Source: Rhizophagus irregularis | Taxonomy: Eukaryota | Reading direction: 5' to 3' | Length of the DNA stretch: 64,000 nt | NCBI RefSeq assembly: GCF_026210795.1 | Contig: NC_089431.1 | Span: 2,108,001 to 2,172,000 of the forward strand | Program-made: the position numbers and the translations under genes | Notes under the pieces: model-generated | The model's input: the letters and a program-made list of their open reading frames with translations, nothing else | Told to the model about the DNA's origin: nothing | Database searches by the model: none | In this document: positions 1 to 13,535 of the stretch, piece by piece | How positions within the stretch are numbered: position 1 is the first letter of the stretch | Layout: every line of letters begins with the position of its first letter

Positions 1-359
1 AATTCATTTTATTTTTTCCTAAAGTTTAACGTGGGAAACCAAAATAACACAAATGATTAATAAATTTTTAAGCCACTAAATCGGTTATATAGGTTGATTA
101 TATCATGTGATAAATATTAATATGTATAACATAAGATTTTTCGCGACCCCCCACCCCCTAAAATATTACATAATAAATGTCATCGCCCTAAGTTAATGTC
201 AAATTATTAAATATTTTATTATTATATTTTTAGATGTTAATTGCTGATTCTAAAGCAATGAATCAAACTTTACGAAATTTAGTAAATAATTGAAATTTTT
301 GGTTGAATATTGAAAGTTTTACAGCTATTTTAGAACCTGAAAAAAAATGCTGTGAAGAG

Positions 360-1650
360 TAAAGCTCCGCACGTTGAGTTTCGAGCAGCAATCTGGCTCG
401 GCTTGGCTTGAAAAAAAAATTCTGGCTGAGCCGGAATGAGCGAGCCATAAAAAATTTCGGCAAGCTAAAGAATGAGCTGCCAAGCCATTAAAAACCTGGC
501 TCGAGCCGAAGTAGGCTTGAGCTTTATCTTCAGAAAAATGTTTCGCAACGTTTTTTATTAAAACATTGAAAAAAAATGTTGCGAAACGTTTTTTTTTAAA
601 TATATTATTAAGAAAAACGTTTTCGCAACGTTTTTTAATTAAAACATTGAAAAAAAATGTTGCGAAACGTTTTTTTCTAACATAATACTTTGAAAAAAAC
701 GTTTTCGCAACGTTTATTTATTAAAAATATCGAAAACCGTTGTGAAACATTTTTTTTAAATATAATATTTTGAAAAAACATTTTCGCAACGTTTTTTATT
801 AAAATATTGAAAAAAATGTTGCGAAACGTTTTTTTCTTAAATATATTATTACGAAAAAACGTTTTGCGCCATTTTTTAATTAAAACATTGAAAAAAAAAC
901 GTTGCAAACCATTTTTTTCTAACATAATACTTTGAAAAAAATGTTTTCGCAATGTTTTTATTAAAACATTGAAAAAAAATGTTGCGAAACGTTTTTTTTA
1001 AAATATATTATTAATAAAGAACATTTTCACAACGTTTTTTTATTAAAAATATCGAAAAACGTTGTCAAACGTTTTTTTTTAAATATAATATTTTGAAAAA
1101 ACATTTTCGCAACGTTTTTTATTAAAATATCGAAAAAAAATGTTGCGAAACGTTTTTTTCTTAAATATATTATTACGAAAAAATGTTTCGCGCCGTTTTT
1201 TAATTAAAATATTGAAAAAAAATGTTGCGAAACATTTTTTTTAAATATATTATTAATAAAAAACGTTTTCGCAACGTTTTTTTATTAAAAATATTGAAAA
1301 AAACGTTGTGAAACGTTTTTTTTAAATATAATATTTTGAAAAAACGTTTTTGCAACGTTTTTTATTAAAATATCGAAAAAAAACGTTGCGAAACATTTTT
1401 TCGTAATAATATATTTAAGAAAAAAATGTTTCACAACGTTTTTTTCGATATTTTACAAGCCAGCTCGAGCCTTTTGAGCTGAGCTTATTACCGGCTTGAG
1501 CTTTTTGAGCTGAGCCTATTACCACTCAGCTCGAGCTCTTTTCGAGCTGGTTACGATTTGCCACTGAGCCAATTTAATCATGGCTCAGTTCGGCTCAGCT
1601 TGAAAAGCTCGAGCCAGCTCACGAGTCGGCTCGGCTCATGCGGAGTTTTA
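360..1650. mobile_element. Non-autonomous hAT-type MITE
   Basis: TIR TAAAGCTCCGCA / TGCGGAGTTTTA (11 of 12 match); 8-bp TSD GTGAAGAG at 352-359 and 1651-1658; subterminal GAGCC/GGCTC repeats. Confidence 0.9.
533..1455. repeat. Tandem array of inverted AAAACGTTTTCGCAACG / CGTTGCGAAACGTTTT motifs inside the MITE
   Basis: The motif alternates in orientation between A/T tracts across ~900 bp. Confidence 0.9.
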
Positions 1651-4205
1651 GTGAAGAGTATTGAAGGTAAAAATGCAACTATGGCTGATGTTTTTTTGAA
1701 TGGCTACTGCTATCAAGGCTTTACCTACTGAAAGTACTAAAGAATTAAAAGAGTTTTGGCAAAAATGCATTCAATTTTATAATAATAAATGGAAGCAGTT
1801 TGATCATGAATTATATTTACTAGCATATTTTTTGAATCCAAAATTTCGCGGAAAAGGATTTATACCTGAGACCTATCAATTAATCCAAAAGAAAGCTTTA
1901 GCCTTATGGTCAAAAATGGGCAGAAGATCAAAATTAGCATTTACACTTGCTGTTCAAATGAATAATTATGATGATTCTTATATTGACGAACTTCCAACTC
2001 AATCATTATTTGCAAGAATTGGCTTTATATATTCTTTCTATTGTTCCTCATAGTGCAAGCTGTGAGTGTGTTTTCTCAGTATTAAATTGGTTTACCCAAA
2101 AAGACGAAGCAGATAGCAGGCTTTCCGATTTTTGAATAATCACATGATGATTGGCAAATGTGATTTTTACTTAAATAACAAATAAAATTTAAGTAAATCA
2201 TCAAGTTTTCAAGTAATTTTAAATGACATAACAGTCATAACACTGACGTAATTGTTTGTTACATAGATATGTATTTTATTGGCTGGATATCAAATGTATC
2301 GGCATATGATAATTGTACTAATTTATTTTAATTGTGCCACAAAAAATTTAATAGCGAAGGATGATAAAAAATATCAATTCTTCAGGTTATGTTTAAACGT
2401 ATTACAAAGGAATCTGGCTATTGGAGACGGAATCCAGAAGTTATAAACACTTGAAAACTTCTTATAAAACGAAAATAAGCATAGTACATTTTCTTTCGAA
2501 TTGTAATAAGCTGAAGAAACAAAGAAATATGAGATCTATTTACAACAATGGAAACAGACATATTCAAAGGTTTGTTTTTACTTAAGCTTTTTAATCTACT
2601 ATATGTTTATTGAAATTTATGATGGAAGAACCCTTTTAAAGAAGCTCTTTTCTTTGTATATTTAACAACTTCTTGAAAAACAAATTTTTTGGGTTTTATA
2701 ATAAATTATTTACATAATTTTTCTCTGTTAGAAACTGATCTATCTATTATTTTATTTTCTTTGAATAGTGAATGACTCTTTTTCATTCCTTTAAATATAA
2801 TACAAAATCTTAAAAATAACTTATTGGTAAGAAATTTATATTGGCTAAACAAATAATTTTACATTTTAAAAGATTAAATCACACTCTAATTTTGGAATCA
2901 AAGATCTTTCCGATTGATTCACTACATATAGAAATGTTGACAATCAAATTCATAATTAGGAATAAATGTGTTGAATGCATTTATTCATCAACCAATGATT
3001 CAACCAAAGTAATTTTTAATTTGTTGGATAGGTCTTGGTCTATTCTTTAAAGTGAATATAAAAACGTCCGCCTAGTTTATATATAAGTTAAATTATTTGC
3101 ATTTTTTTTATAAGAATTATGTTCGATTTTAATTTTACACAGATGATATATATTAAAGTTCTTTATTTTACATCCATATTCAGTAAAATTTTGAATACAA
3201 GTATATCAAGTTGCTATTTATTAATTTGGAAAGTTTGAGTTATAATTATTATGTAGAATTTTGAATTCACCAAACATTTATATCAAAAAAATGTATTGAT
3301 CACGTTAAATTAATAAGTTGTTACATATAAAAGTTAGCCAATAATAATCTGATTTTAATAAAAATTGGTATAATTAAAATTTAATATAGGACATATATAT
3401 TGATAGAATTTAAGGATATATTAATATGCCGAATTTTATTTTTATTTTATTTTTATTTTTATTTTTAAATAAAGACTAGTACTGGGGTTGCACTATACAT
3501 AGGAACAGGTACAAACAAAGTAAACTATTATTCCAAGCTAAAGATTAACCTAACCTCTCAAACAAATTGAAGGGATCACCTAGCCTCGCTCCACAAGGAA
3601 CGCAGGCTTAGCCGCAACTCAAGCTACGAACTAAATAGAACAAAAAGACACTCAAACACTAATTTAGCGAGAGTTCCCAGTCAAAAAAAAAGAGAAAATT
3701 AATTCTGCCTATTCTGAATAAAATCTATTATTCTTATAACTACTAAATCTTTAAGAAAAAAAGAAAGAATCGCCAGCGTTAACTGAATGAAATTGCTATA
3801 CTAGTTTTCGCAGTAAGGATAAAATTTCTCTGGGATTTGGGATCCTTCAACGGGTCTTTAGTAGATTTGGCTTGCTTTTTAGCACTAGTCGAGGATTTCT
3901 GGTCCTTCTTCTTAAGGTTAACATTACCAGACTGTTGCGCAGATTTTCTGGGCTTCTTGTCAGGAACATTCTTAGCCTTTAGTTTGATTAGTGCTTTCTT
4001 CAAGGTAGGTAAGGAGTGTTGACACCATTTCAACTCCAGAGAATTCTCCCAGAAAGCTTGCGGAGTTCCTAGGCTTTGAGTGTAGCCTCCCAATTCTCGA
4101 AATATCCTACGAGCTTCCTCTTACCTTTACTTGTTTGTATAATTTTAAACGCGCTAGCACCGCATGTCGTTAAAAATGATTGTGGTTTATGGTCTGCCCA
4201 CAAGG

Positions 4206-5879
4206 TAAGGATGGTGCCGCAAATATGTAATTGTGGAATAATTGCGATTTACGGTATTGCAGAACATTGCGGATTTTTAAATCTAAAAATCCGCAAATCC
4301 GCAAATCCGCAATTATCCGCAATCCCGCAAATATTCCGCAAATCCGCAAATATCGCAAAGTACCTCAAATATTCCGCAATTGAATTGCGGTACTTTGAGG
4401 ATTTGCGGAATATTTGCGGATTTGCAGAATGTCCGCAAAAAAAACTTTCTTTTTTTTAATAAAATATAATTACTACTAAAAAAAAATATTTCTATTTATT
4501 ATTAATAATAAAAGAAATTATTTTACATAAAAAAAAATTAAAAAAAACGCTGGAACCTATAGTTCCGGTGTTTTAATTAAAAAAAATTTAAAAGAAACCA
4601 CCGGAACCTATAGTTCTGGCGTTTTTACATAAAAAAAAATTAAAAGAAACCGCCGGAACTTATAGTTCCAGCGTTTTAATTAAAAAAAATTTAAAGAAAA
4701 TGCCGGAACCTATAGTTCTGGCGTTTTTATTAAAAAAAATTTAAAGAAAACGCTGGAACCCATAGTTCCGGCGTTTTTACATAATAAAATTAAAAGAAAA
4801 TGCCGGAACCTATAGTTCCGGCATTTTTATTAAAAAAAAATTAAAAGAAAACACCGGAACCTATAGTTCCGGCGTTTTTATTAAAAAAAAAATTAAAAGA
4901 AAATGCCGGAACCTTAGTTCCGGCGTTTTTATTAAAAAAAACTAAAAGAAAACGCCGGAACCTTAGTTCCGGCGTTTTTACATAAAAAAATCAAAAGAAA
5001 ACGCCGGAACCTATAGTTCCGGCATTTTTATGTAAAAAAATTCAAAAGGAAACGCCAGAACCTATAGTTCCGGCGTTTTTACATAAAAAAAATTCAAAAG
5101 AAAACGCCGGAACCTATAGTTCCGGCGTTTTACATAAAAAATTAAAAAAAAGTTAAAAAACGCCGGAACCATAGTTCTGGCGTTTTTATATAAATAAATT
5201 AAAGAAAACGCCAGAACCTATAGTTCCGGCGTTTTTATATAAAATAATTAAAAGAAAACGCCGGAACCTTGTTCCCGGCGTTTTTATTAAAAAAAAATTT
5301 AAAGAAAATGCCGAAACCTTAGTTCCGGCGTTTTTACATAAAAAAATCAAAAGAAAACGCCGGAACCTATAGTTCCGCGTTTTTACATAAAAAAATCAAA
5401 AGAAAACGCTGGAACCTATAGTTCCGGCGTTTTTACATAAAAAAAATTAAAAGAAAACGCCGGAACCTATAGTTCCGGTGTTTTTACATAAAAAAAATCA
5501 AAAGAAAACGCCGGAACCTATAGTTCCAGCGTTTTTACATAAAAAAAATCAAAGAAAACGCCAGAACCCATAGTTCCGGCGTTTTATATAAATAAATTAA
5601 AAGAAAACGCTGGAACCTATAGTTCTGGCGTTTTTATATAAAATAATTAAAAGAAAACGCCGGAACCCATAGTTCCGGCGTTTTTATTAAAAAAAATTAA
5701 AAAATATGCCGGAAGCAATAGTTCCAGCATTTTTGTATAAAAAACCTATTAGTTCTGGTGTTTTTTGTATGTAAGAAAACACCAAAACTGAATTGCGGAA
5801 TTACGGGCTACTAACCGCAATTCAACTTCAAAATTCGCAATATTACGGAATTTGAAAATCATTTGCGGACCCATCCTTA
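4206..5879. mobile_element. Non-autonomous hAT-type MITE
   Basis: TIR TAAGGATGGTGCCGCAAAT / ATTTGCGGACCCATCCTTA (17 of 19 match); 8-bp TSD CCACAAGG at 4198-4205 and 5880-5887; subterminal CCGCAA repeats. Confidence 0.92.
4540..5745. repeat. ~59-bp tandem repeat, about 20 copies, each a hairpin AAAACGCCGGAAC-CTATA-GTTCCGGCGTTTT
   Basis: Directly visible; the linkers are near-identical A-rich tracts. Confidence 0.92.
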
Positions 5880-6729
5880 CCACAAGGTAGCCATCGTCAT
5901 GTCAACCGAAATATCATGAATAACAGCTTGGAACTTTTCGTGTTGTTTTCTTTCTCGTAAAGTCCAATTTGCAGGGAACCATTCACCGGTATACCTCCCA
6001 GGTCAGTCGTCCAGAACTTGGTAAATTGGGGAAGAGAGAATGAGTTCAAAACTATTTTGACTTGAAGAGTCTAATATTTGTGTTGCCATTTTAATGACAA
6101 CTTAATAGTTTTGCCGCATATCGTTAATTCTCCTAAGATTTTTTCAACATCCCAGGTATACAGAATGTCGTATACAATAATGTCTCTGACTTGCTTTCGC
6201 TCATCATCGGCTTCTCTGTATCCAGTCAGTATATGTGTGACCCCAGGTGCGGTAGTTTTTGCCCCCCAAAAAAGGGTATTTTGTTTGTCCAGGGTTTGTG
6301 CCTCAGGATTTGCCGTAAATGATTGGTGTATAACTTGTTTATCTCCTGCAACACGCGCCTTTTGTTTATCTTTCTTCTGGGAAGTTTCGGGTGTCACAGT
6401 TAGATCAACAGTAGTCATTTCCACATCTGATAGTATTGGGGTATAACATGTACTGGTTTGACTCGCCAAACATATCTACTAAAAGCTGTGCTTTATCCAC
6501 AGGTTGCTGTGGGTTTTTATCAAATAAAGTTTTGAGGAAACCGTTCTCAACAAACTGTCCAGGCTGAAATGTTGTATAAGATAAGAACGTTTTCCCTTCT
6601 TCTGAAATGAACTCTAAAAAGTCGTCTACAGATATATTCTCAACTGAGTCTCCCATGTTCGACATTTATGCCAAATTTTTCAAACGTGATAAAATCGAAA
6701 AAATTCGTGTGATAAAATCGAAAGCCTGC

Positions 6730-7110
6730 TATGCTACTTGAAACTAAATTCAAATGGTGTGCCATGCATCATATAGATAAAATATGGGTGTACTTTTCAG
6801 TAATTAGTCTTCTTGCCATTTGCATTGCTGATTCAGCATCTGATACTACAGCTGCAAATTTCTCTGGGCCAATTAAAGTCAAAACTTTTTCAATTTCAGT
6901 AGCATTAAAAGTTCCAGTATGAGAATCCATTGATGTATCTTTCAAAGTATGAATATATTGCCTTTTACTTGGGGTAATTATTATAAATGCAAATAGATCT
7001 TCCTAAAGGATCACACCATCTATCAACCGCTATAACGAAATTAAAAATATTAATATGCATGTAAAAATATTAATTAATTTGATATACAGTAATTAAATAA
7101 ATTACCTAAT
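6730..7110 (-). pseudogene. hAT transposase catalytic-domain fragment
   Basis: The minus strand reads ITPSKRQYIHTLKDTSMDSHTGTFNATEIEKVLTLIGPEKFAAVVSDAESAMQMARRLI...I*CMAHHLNLV (second catalytic D and CxxH motif), with an internal stop. Confidence 0.75.
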
Positions 7111-7269
7111 GTTAGATTTTTTAAAATTATATTTAATATTTAATATTTTATTTTTTAAATATTTAATAATATAAATTCTAATAGAATATAAAGGGAACTA
7201 TTTGGCTGGAACAAATAGCTCTAATAGAAAGGACAACATTAATATAATAACTTATACAATGCTACATTT

Positions 7270-10248
7270 ATGTTGAACATTAGAGTACAGAATAACAAAA
7301 ACAAAAACAAAGCTAACATAGAAAATATAGACAGTTTTTTATATAGTCAACAAATACGGTATAAGGAACAACAACAAATAGATTTAGATGCGTTGTACCT
7401 TACACTCCACATTGGAACCCATAATATTAACGGATTGGCAGGGGACAATGCAAAGCTTTATGGAATTCTAAGTTGGATGCAAGAAAACTAGGTAGACATT
7501 ATGGCCTTGAATGAAACTAATTTAGACCGAAAGAACGGGTTTTTTCAAAACGCCTAATAGTTTTAAAGAGCAATTTCATATATATTGGTCAAGCAAACAG
7601 AATGACAAACATAATGGTTCAGGAGTAGCGTTAATTTGTTCAAGGAAATGGAATAAACATTATCAAGGACACAAATTCCATTCACCATATCTACTCTCAG
7701 CATACTTTTTTGTTCAGAAATGTTTTATTCTGTATATGGATTGTTTACGCGTCACCACAAATTAAAACAATCCTTCATGACACCCTGGAACTACTTAAAA
7801 GGAAAATGAGCGATGAAACTATAAAAAAAAAATAAACAATATTGTACACATATTAATGGGAGATTTTAATTTGATCTCAAATGGTCATATCGATCGTACA
7901 CCACCGCAACATATATCAAAACCCAAATTTTTTAATGATCTTGAGTAAGAAACAATAGGAAAAATACAGTGTATGATAAATTACCCATTGGTAACGCCCA
8001 CACCAAAGTTTTGTATGATTGTGATGACATTGAAGCGGAAAAGTGGGATAAATTCCGACTTAATATAAAAAGTCAACTTAACTCTCTAGATCAAGAAGTA
8101 ATTGAGAACAAAGTCTATATAACGGAGTATTCTCAAGAAGATATAGATAGATATTGGGACAAACTCAATAGTTTTATAGTCAGCACAGCGGACTCAGAAC
8201 TCCCTAGAAAAGTCATAAGACTTCATAATACCTTCATACGTTATAATAAGAAAAAGACGAGACCAGAATGTCATACAAATAAGCTGCTTAAATTATTATA
8301 TAATTATTATTATGGCAACCAACAAATGACCACATCTGTGGACGCCAAATCCAGATGGGCTAGAAAAATTGCCAAATATAATCAAGACTATGTTACATCA
8401 ACCAATGACTATAACAAATGTTTTTGGAAAACTGGTTTGACAATCTAAAAAAAAAGTGAATTATCGCTTAAGAGCAGATTATAAAAAATTCAAAGCAACA
8501 GAGATGAAATCTATTAAAGATAAAATAGAGAAAAGAGTTGAAATTACACAAAAAGACCAAACAACATGGCTGTCTAGCATATTAGATACATTTCACGCAA
8601 TATAGTTATAGATAAGGTGTTAGTGAACAAAAAATCAGAAGGTTTGACTAAGAGACTGGCTACAGAACTGGAAGAAGTTAAGGAAGCAGTGGACAATGAT
8701 TTTGCAAGTATGTTTAGGAAAAGGAATACACTTCAGAATTCTTTGACATCGCTTTGGCAACAAATTTATGAACCTGCAGGTAAATTCAAAGAAGTAATGG
8801 AAGCTACAATAGAAAAGGTTACTATGGAAGAATGGAATAATACCGTTAAAGAATTAAATAAAAATTTGACTGCAGGGTTGTCCGGTATTAACTACAAAAT
8901 AATTCTACAATTACCTGAGGAATTAGTCATCCTCTTGGTCAAGTTCAGAAATCTGACATTACAAACTGGACTTGTACCAAAGGCATGGAAAACATCGATC
9001 ATTCTCTCTATTCTTAAGCCCACCAACTTTGAATATAATATTTTGAATACTTGACCTATTGCATTGCTGGACTGTTTTCGGAAGACCTTCACAAAGATGA
9101 TCATGAACAGATTGAGTTCAGTTTTGAAATGATATAACATACTACAGGGATACAATTGTTGCGGTTTACCCAGAGAATGTACAAATGAACCAATACACCT
9201 GGTTAATAATTTTATTGAGGATGCCAGAGAAAATAAAAAAGAACTATGGGTCCTCACACAGGATATGAAAAAGGCGTTTAATTCAGTTGGGTTAGAAGTA
9301 CTAAATCAAGCATTGCTTCGTATTGACATTCCAGCATCACTGGTTGAATGGATTATAAGCCCTTTTCAAACACAGATTCCTTAGAATAGCCACAGCATAT
9401 GGGTTAAGTGATGGATTTATTGGAAATGACGGAATAGATCAGGGCGATGCACTATCTCCGTTGCTATGGCGAATTTTCTATGATCCACTTCTAGTAGGAA
9501 TACAACAAACTAAAGACAGTGGATATGAAATGAAAGTTACTTGGCCAAATGATATCAATGATCCTACCATGGACACATTACAGGCTTCAGGTTCTGGTAT
9601 GTGCATATATGGATGATACGGTATTTTTAGAATCATCAAAATCTAGGATGCAAAAGATAGTAGATATAGCAAATGATTTCTACTTGATTAATGATATTGA
9701 TATCAATGTTAAGAAATCAGAAATGATAATTATCAATAAAGTCAGGAAAAAGGCATGATCAAATTATCAAATTAGGCCGTATGATCGCTCCATAGTTCAA
9801 GCCACTAATAATGAAATAAGATACCTTGGGGTCTGGTTTTCTAACAAACCGAGTAGACGGCGATGGATGCAACGTTTGTCCATGATGGTCAAAAACTTTT
9901 GTGATACAGTTCGTAGGAAGTTTGTCCCAGCTGGACAATGTATTTACCTAATCAATAGAGTATTGATTTCCAGACTAATATATATAGCCCAAATCATGAC
10001 ACTGTCAGAACATGGCTGGAATCAAGTGTTCGCTCCCGTAATGAAATTGATTATTTCATGAGGGGTGTTTAGGTATGGATCACTTATGGAAAATTCATTG
10101 TATCAATATTATAACGGATTTAACGATTAGATTGAATAGTGACTCATACGCAGCGATAGCTACACAGATTAGGCTTAGAGACACGCAGCTTAAATCACTT
10201 ATCGTTGATCTGATCTTTGACTGTGATCTTCATGCAACGTCTTGGATA
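7270..10248 (+). pseudogene. Old LINE ORF2, endonuclease and RT part
   Basis: ORF fragments 7270-7491, 7969-8448, 8617-9054, 9549-9758 (YMDD) and 9867-10061, with many stops and frameshifts. Confidence 0.85.
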
Positions 10249-11143
10249 CCCTATAAAAAATATGTATACGGTTTTTATACTGTATATACGTATTTTTGAT
10301 ACAGTTTGCATTTTTACATACGGCATATCAGTATAATGTATACTGTTCGCAAAATGTGCTTAGTAAAAAATACAATAAAGTATACGGTAAACATACTGTG
10401 TGATACGGTATATTAAATTCATACGTCTATAATGTATATCATTTCTACTGTATATCAGTATTTTGTATACGGTTCACAAAAATATTGTAAATAAAGGATA
10501 CGGTATACGTATTATTCTACAGTATATTAAAATTCATACGTTTATAATGTATTTTTTACAGATATACACAGGTCAAATAAATAAACATCAGATTTTTGCC
10601 CTTTTTAATATGGCTGTCTGATTTTTTGGCAATTTTAATATAATATTTCCGATTTTAATAAATATTTCTGATTTTAATATAATATTTCTGATTTTTAACA
10701 TAAAATTGCCGATTTTTGGTTATTTGTAATAGGATTTTTCGATTTTAATATATAACATGTGATTATGTATTACGGTTTAATATTTATTTATTAACTTAGA
10801 TTTTTTTTTTTTATTTCAGTTATAATTATTTTTTTGCCTTAAAAACTTTACTAAAATACTTTTTAAATACTTTATAAAATAGAATTAAAATATTTTTTTT
10901 CTTAAATATAAATACATTTAAATTAAATAACTCATAATTTAAAATATAAACAAATATTATATTTTTTTTACATATATTTCAAAGTATGGTTTGAGCATTT
11001 TGGCTGAAGTAAATCTTATTCTTTTAATTAAAAGTAGTTTAGTAAGTTTAAAACTGTTAAGATCATAAAAGTACAGTTAATATTTTTGGAATTATTTACA
11101 TTTTTTATATTATACAGTAGTATTAAGTTACAAATTTTTTTAC

Positions 11144-12200
11144 CTTCAGAGCGTATTTTGAGATCTTTAGCCAAAGTAAATCAACTTCTTATATTAATTG
11201 TAAGTTGTTCGGCAGGTTAAAATCTACTTGGATATTAATTTTCACGAAGGTACAGTTAATACTTGATGAGTTATTTACAATTTTCACAACAGTACTCATT
11301 CACGACTTTTATTTTTTTTATTTTGTCACTTCAGAGCGTATTTTGAGATCTTTAGCCAAAGTAAATCAACTTCTTATATTAATTGTAAGTTGTTCGGCAG
11401 GTTAAAATCTACTTGGATATTAATTTTCACGAAGGTACAGTTATTACTTGATGAGTTATTTACAATTTTCACAACAGTACTCATTCCCGACTTTTATTTT
11501 TTTCATTTTGTCACTTCAGAGCGTATTTTGAGCACTTTATCCAAAGTAAACCAACTTCTTATATTAATTGAAAGTTGTTTAGCATGTCAAAATCTACTTG
11601 AATATTAATTTTCACGAAGGTACAGTTAATACTTGATGAGTTATTCACGATTTTCACAATGGTACTCATTTACGAATTTTATTTTTTTCCGTTTTGTCAC
11701 TTCAGAGCGTATTTTGAGCACTTTAGTCAAAGTAAATCGACTTCTTTTATTAATTGAAAGTTGTTCAGCAGGTCAAAATCTACTTGGATATTAATTTTTA
11801 CGAAGGTACAGTTAATACTTGATGAGTTATTCACGATTTTCACAACGGTACTCATTTACGAATTTTATTTTTTCCATTTTGTTACTTCAGAGCGTATTTT
11901 AAGCACTTTAGCCAAAGTAAATCGACTTCTTTTATTAATTGAAAGTTGTTCAGCAGGTCAAAATCTACTTGGATATTAATTTTTACGAAGGTACAGTTAA
12001 TACTTGATGAGTTATTCACGATTTTCACAACGGTACTCATTTACGAATTTTATTTTTTCCATTTTGTTACTTCAGAGCGTATTTTAAGCACTTTAGCCAA
12101 AGTAAATCGACTTCTTTTATTAATTAAAAATTGTTCAGCAGCTTAGAATCTACTTGAATATTTATTTTAATGAAGGCACAGTTAATATTTGTGGAGTTAT
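11144..12200. repeat. 185-bp tandem satellite, about 6 copies
   Basis: CTTCAGAGCGTATTTT recurs at ~11144, 11329, 11514, 11700, 11885 and 12070. Confidence 0.95.
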
Positions 12201-12231
12201 TAATTTTTTATAATTGTGCGTATTACATTAA

Positions 12232-12900
12232 TTGGTGATCCGCGAGTCAAGTAGCGAAAACGATAATAAAATTTGACGGAAATTTATTAATTAAAAGCCG
12301 CATTTCTGAATGTGGGGTTGTTCATGAATTTCTCTAGCCAAATGTTTAAATAATGCCATTTTGCTTTAATGAAATAGTTTTCCACAGTTTTCCCACCAAT
12401 CTCATGCAAAAAAACCATAATGTAACATTGGAAAAAGTCCAATTTCTAAGAGATCTGAGATTCGAAAGACAAAAACTAGTTTTATCATACCATATCACTT
12501 GTATAATGAGTGTGAAAAAGTCTTGAATTTGTCAGGTTAGAAGTTATTACAGCATAGTTTACTAATGAAATATATCAAAAATAAAGCAATATGCATGAAA
12601 GTTTAGTAAAATATAAAAAAATTTCCATAATTTGTACTTTTAAAACCTTAGTTTACCTAATAACATAGTAAATGCCGCGTGCTTCCAAGGTAAACTTCAT
12701 CAAAAAAAAGTTTTACACTTTGTAGCTTTGAAAAATAAAAGTGTGATATTTACTTTATTGTTTGTGTTATTTTTAGTAAACTATGCTTTATAGTTTTTGT
12801 TACATCAGAAATCATTAAAGTCGGCGTATTACGACAAATTAGTATATGATTTGCGTCAAATTTTATATGTAATTTCTCTAGTTGACTCGCGGATCGTCAA
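12232..12900. mobile_element. 669-bp MITE flanked by TTAA, superfamily unassigned
   Basis: Imperfect ~50-bp TIR TTG(GT/AC)GATCCGCGAGTCAA(G/C)TAG...; TTAA at 12228-12231 and 12901-12904. Confidence 0.75.
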
Positions 12901-13535
12901 TTAAATTACAAGTAAATTTATATTCTTAATGTATTTTGTTTAAAATTTAATTATTTAAGATTAGTTTTTTATTTAATATTGCTTAATAAAATATTTTTTA
13001 AATTTTAATTCAATATTACAATATAATTTTTTATAAAAATATATATTTCATAATGTATATACAATTTTTTTGTATAGTGAAAAAACTGAAAAATGTGGTT
13101 AAGAATTAGTAATACAGCTGTAAAAAGTCACAAATCGGACAAATATAGCTAAAATCAGCCAATTTTTTATTTATTTGACATGTGATAGAGTAAGTTTTTC
13201 TACACTTTAAAGCATTAAACAATACTAGTATCTGCTAATATGTACTACCCTAAAACTCACTGATGTAAAATCACAATTATTAAAAAATTCACAAGAATTT
13301 TTGTTAATACTGTTTAATTTTTAAGTTCAAAGTCCGATTGATAATACTAAATTCAAAACTCAATTATAAATCATTTTTATAAATTATAATTTAAAAATTA
13401 AGCAGTATTAAGGAAAATTCTCATGAATTTTTCTTAATACTACTTAATTCTAATTTAACTAATTTAGTATTAAGGTTTTAATTTAAAAATTAATCAGTAT
13501 CAAGGAAAATTCTTGCAAATTTTTCTTAATACTGC

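Larger units (their letters stand above)
234..2110 (+). pseudogene. hAT-family transposase C-terminal fragment, split by the MITE at 360-1650
   Basis: Removing the MITE joins ...FWLNIESFTAILEP..NAVKSIEGKNATMADVF to ORF 1700-2053 (LYLLAYFLNPKFRG). A hAT dimerisation-like motif PHSASCECVFSVLNWF follows at ~2045-2095. Stops and frameshifts are present. Confidence 0.75.
3432..6725 (-). mobile_element. ORF1-only (half-LINE-like) retroposon, degraded, interrupted by the MITE at 4206-5879
   Basis: Frameshifted ORF from MSNMGDSV (6665) through RRM-like RDIIVYDILYTW, CGASAFKIIQTSKGKRKLVGYFENWE and a Lys-rich tail. It is followed directly by a ~340-bp 3' UTR and a (TAAAA)n tail at ~3432-3467, with no ORF2. 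A homologous copy is at 53455-54299. Confidence 0.6.

Noticed and set aside
1..191. Possible right end of a PIF/Harbinger-like MITE (…CATCGCCC|TAA)
   Set aside because: The partner end lies outside the window, so it cannot be supported.
2110..3430. Possible degraded exons and ORF 2841-3050
   Set aside because: No recognisable motif or consistent gene structure.
4540..5745. CRISPR-like regularly spaced palindromic repeats
   Set aside because: The linkers are near-identical A tracts, not unique spacers; there are no cas genes; the array lies inside a TIR/TSD-bounded MITE in eukaryotic DNA.
11205..12146. Four similar 66-72 aa ORFs that look like a peptide gene cluster
   Set aside because: They are translations of the 185-bp satellite, with TTG starts and shifting frames.
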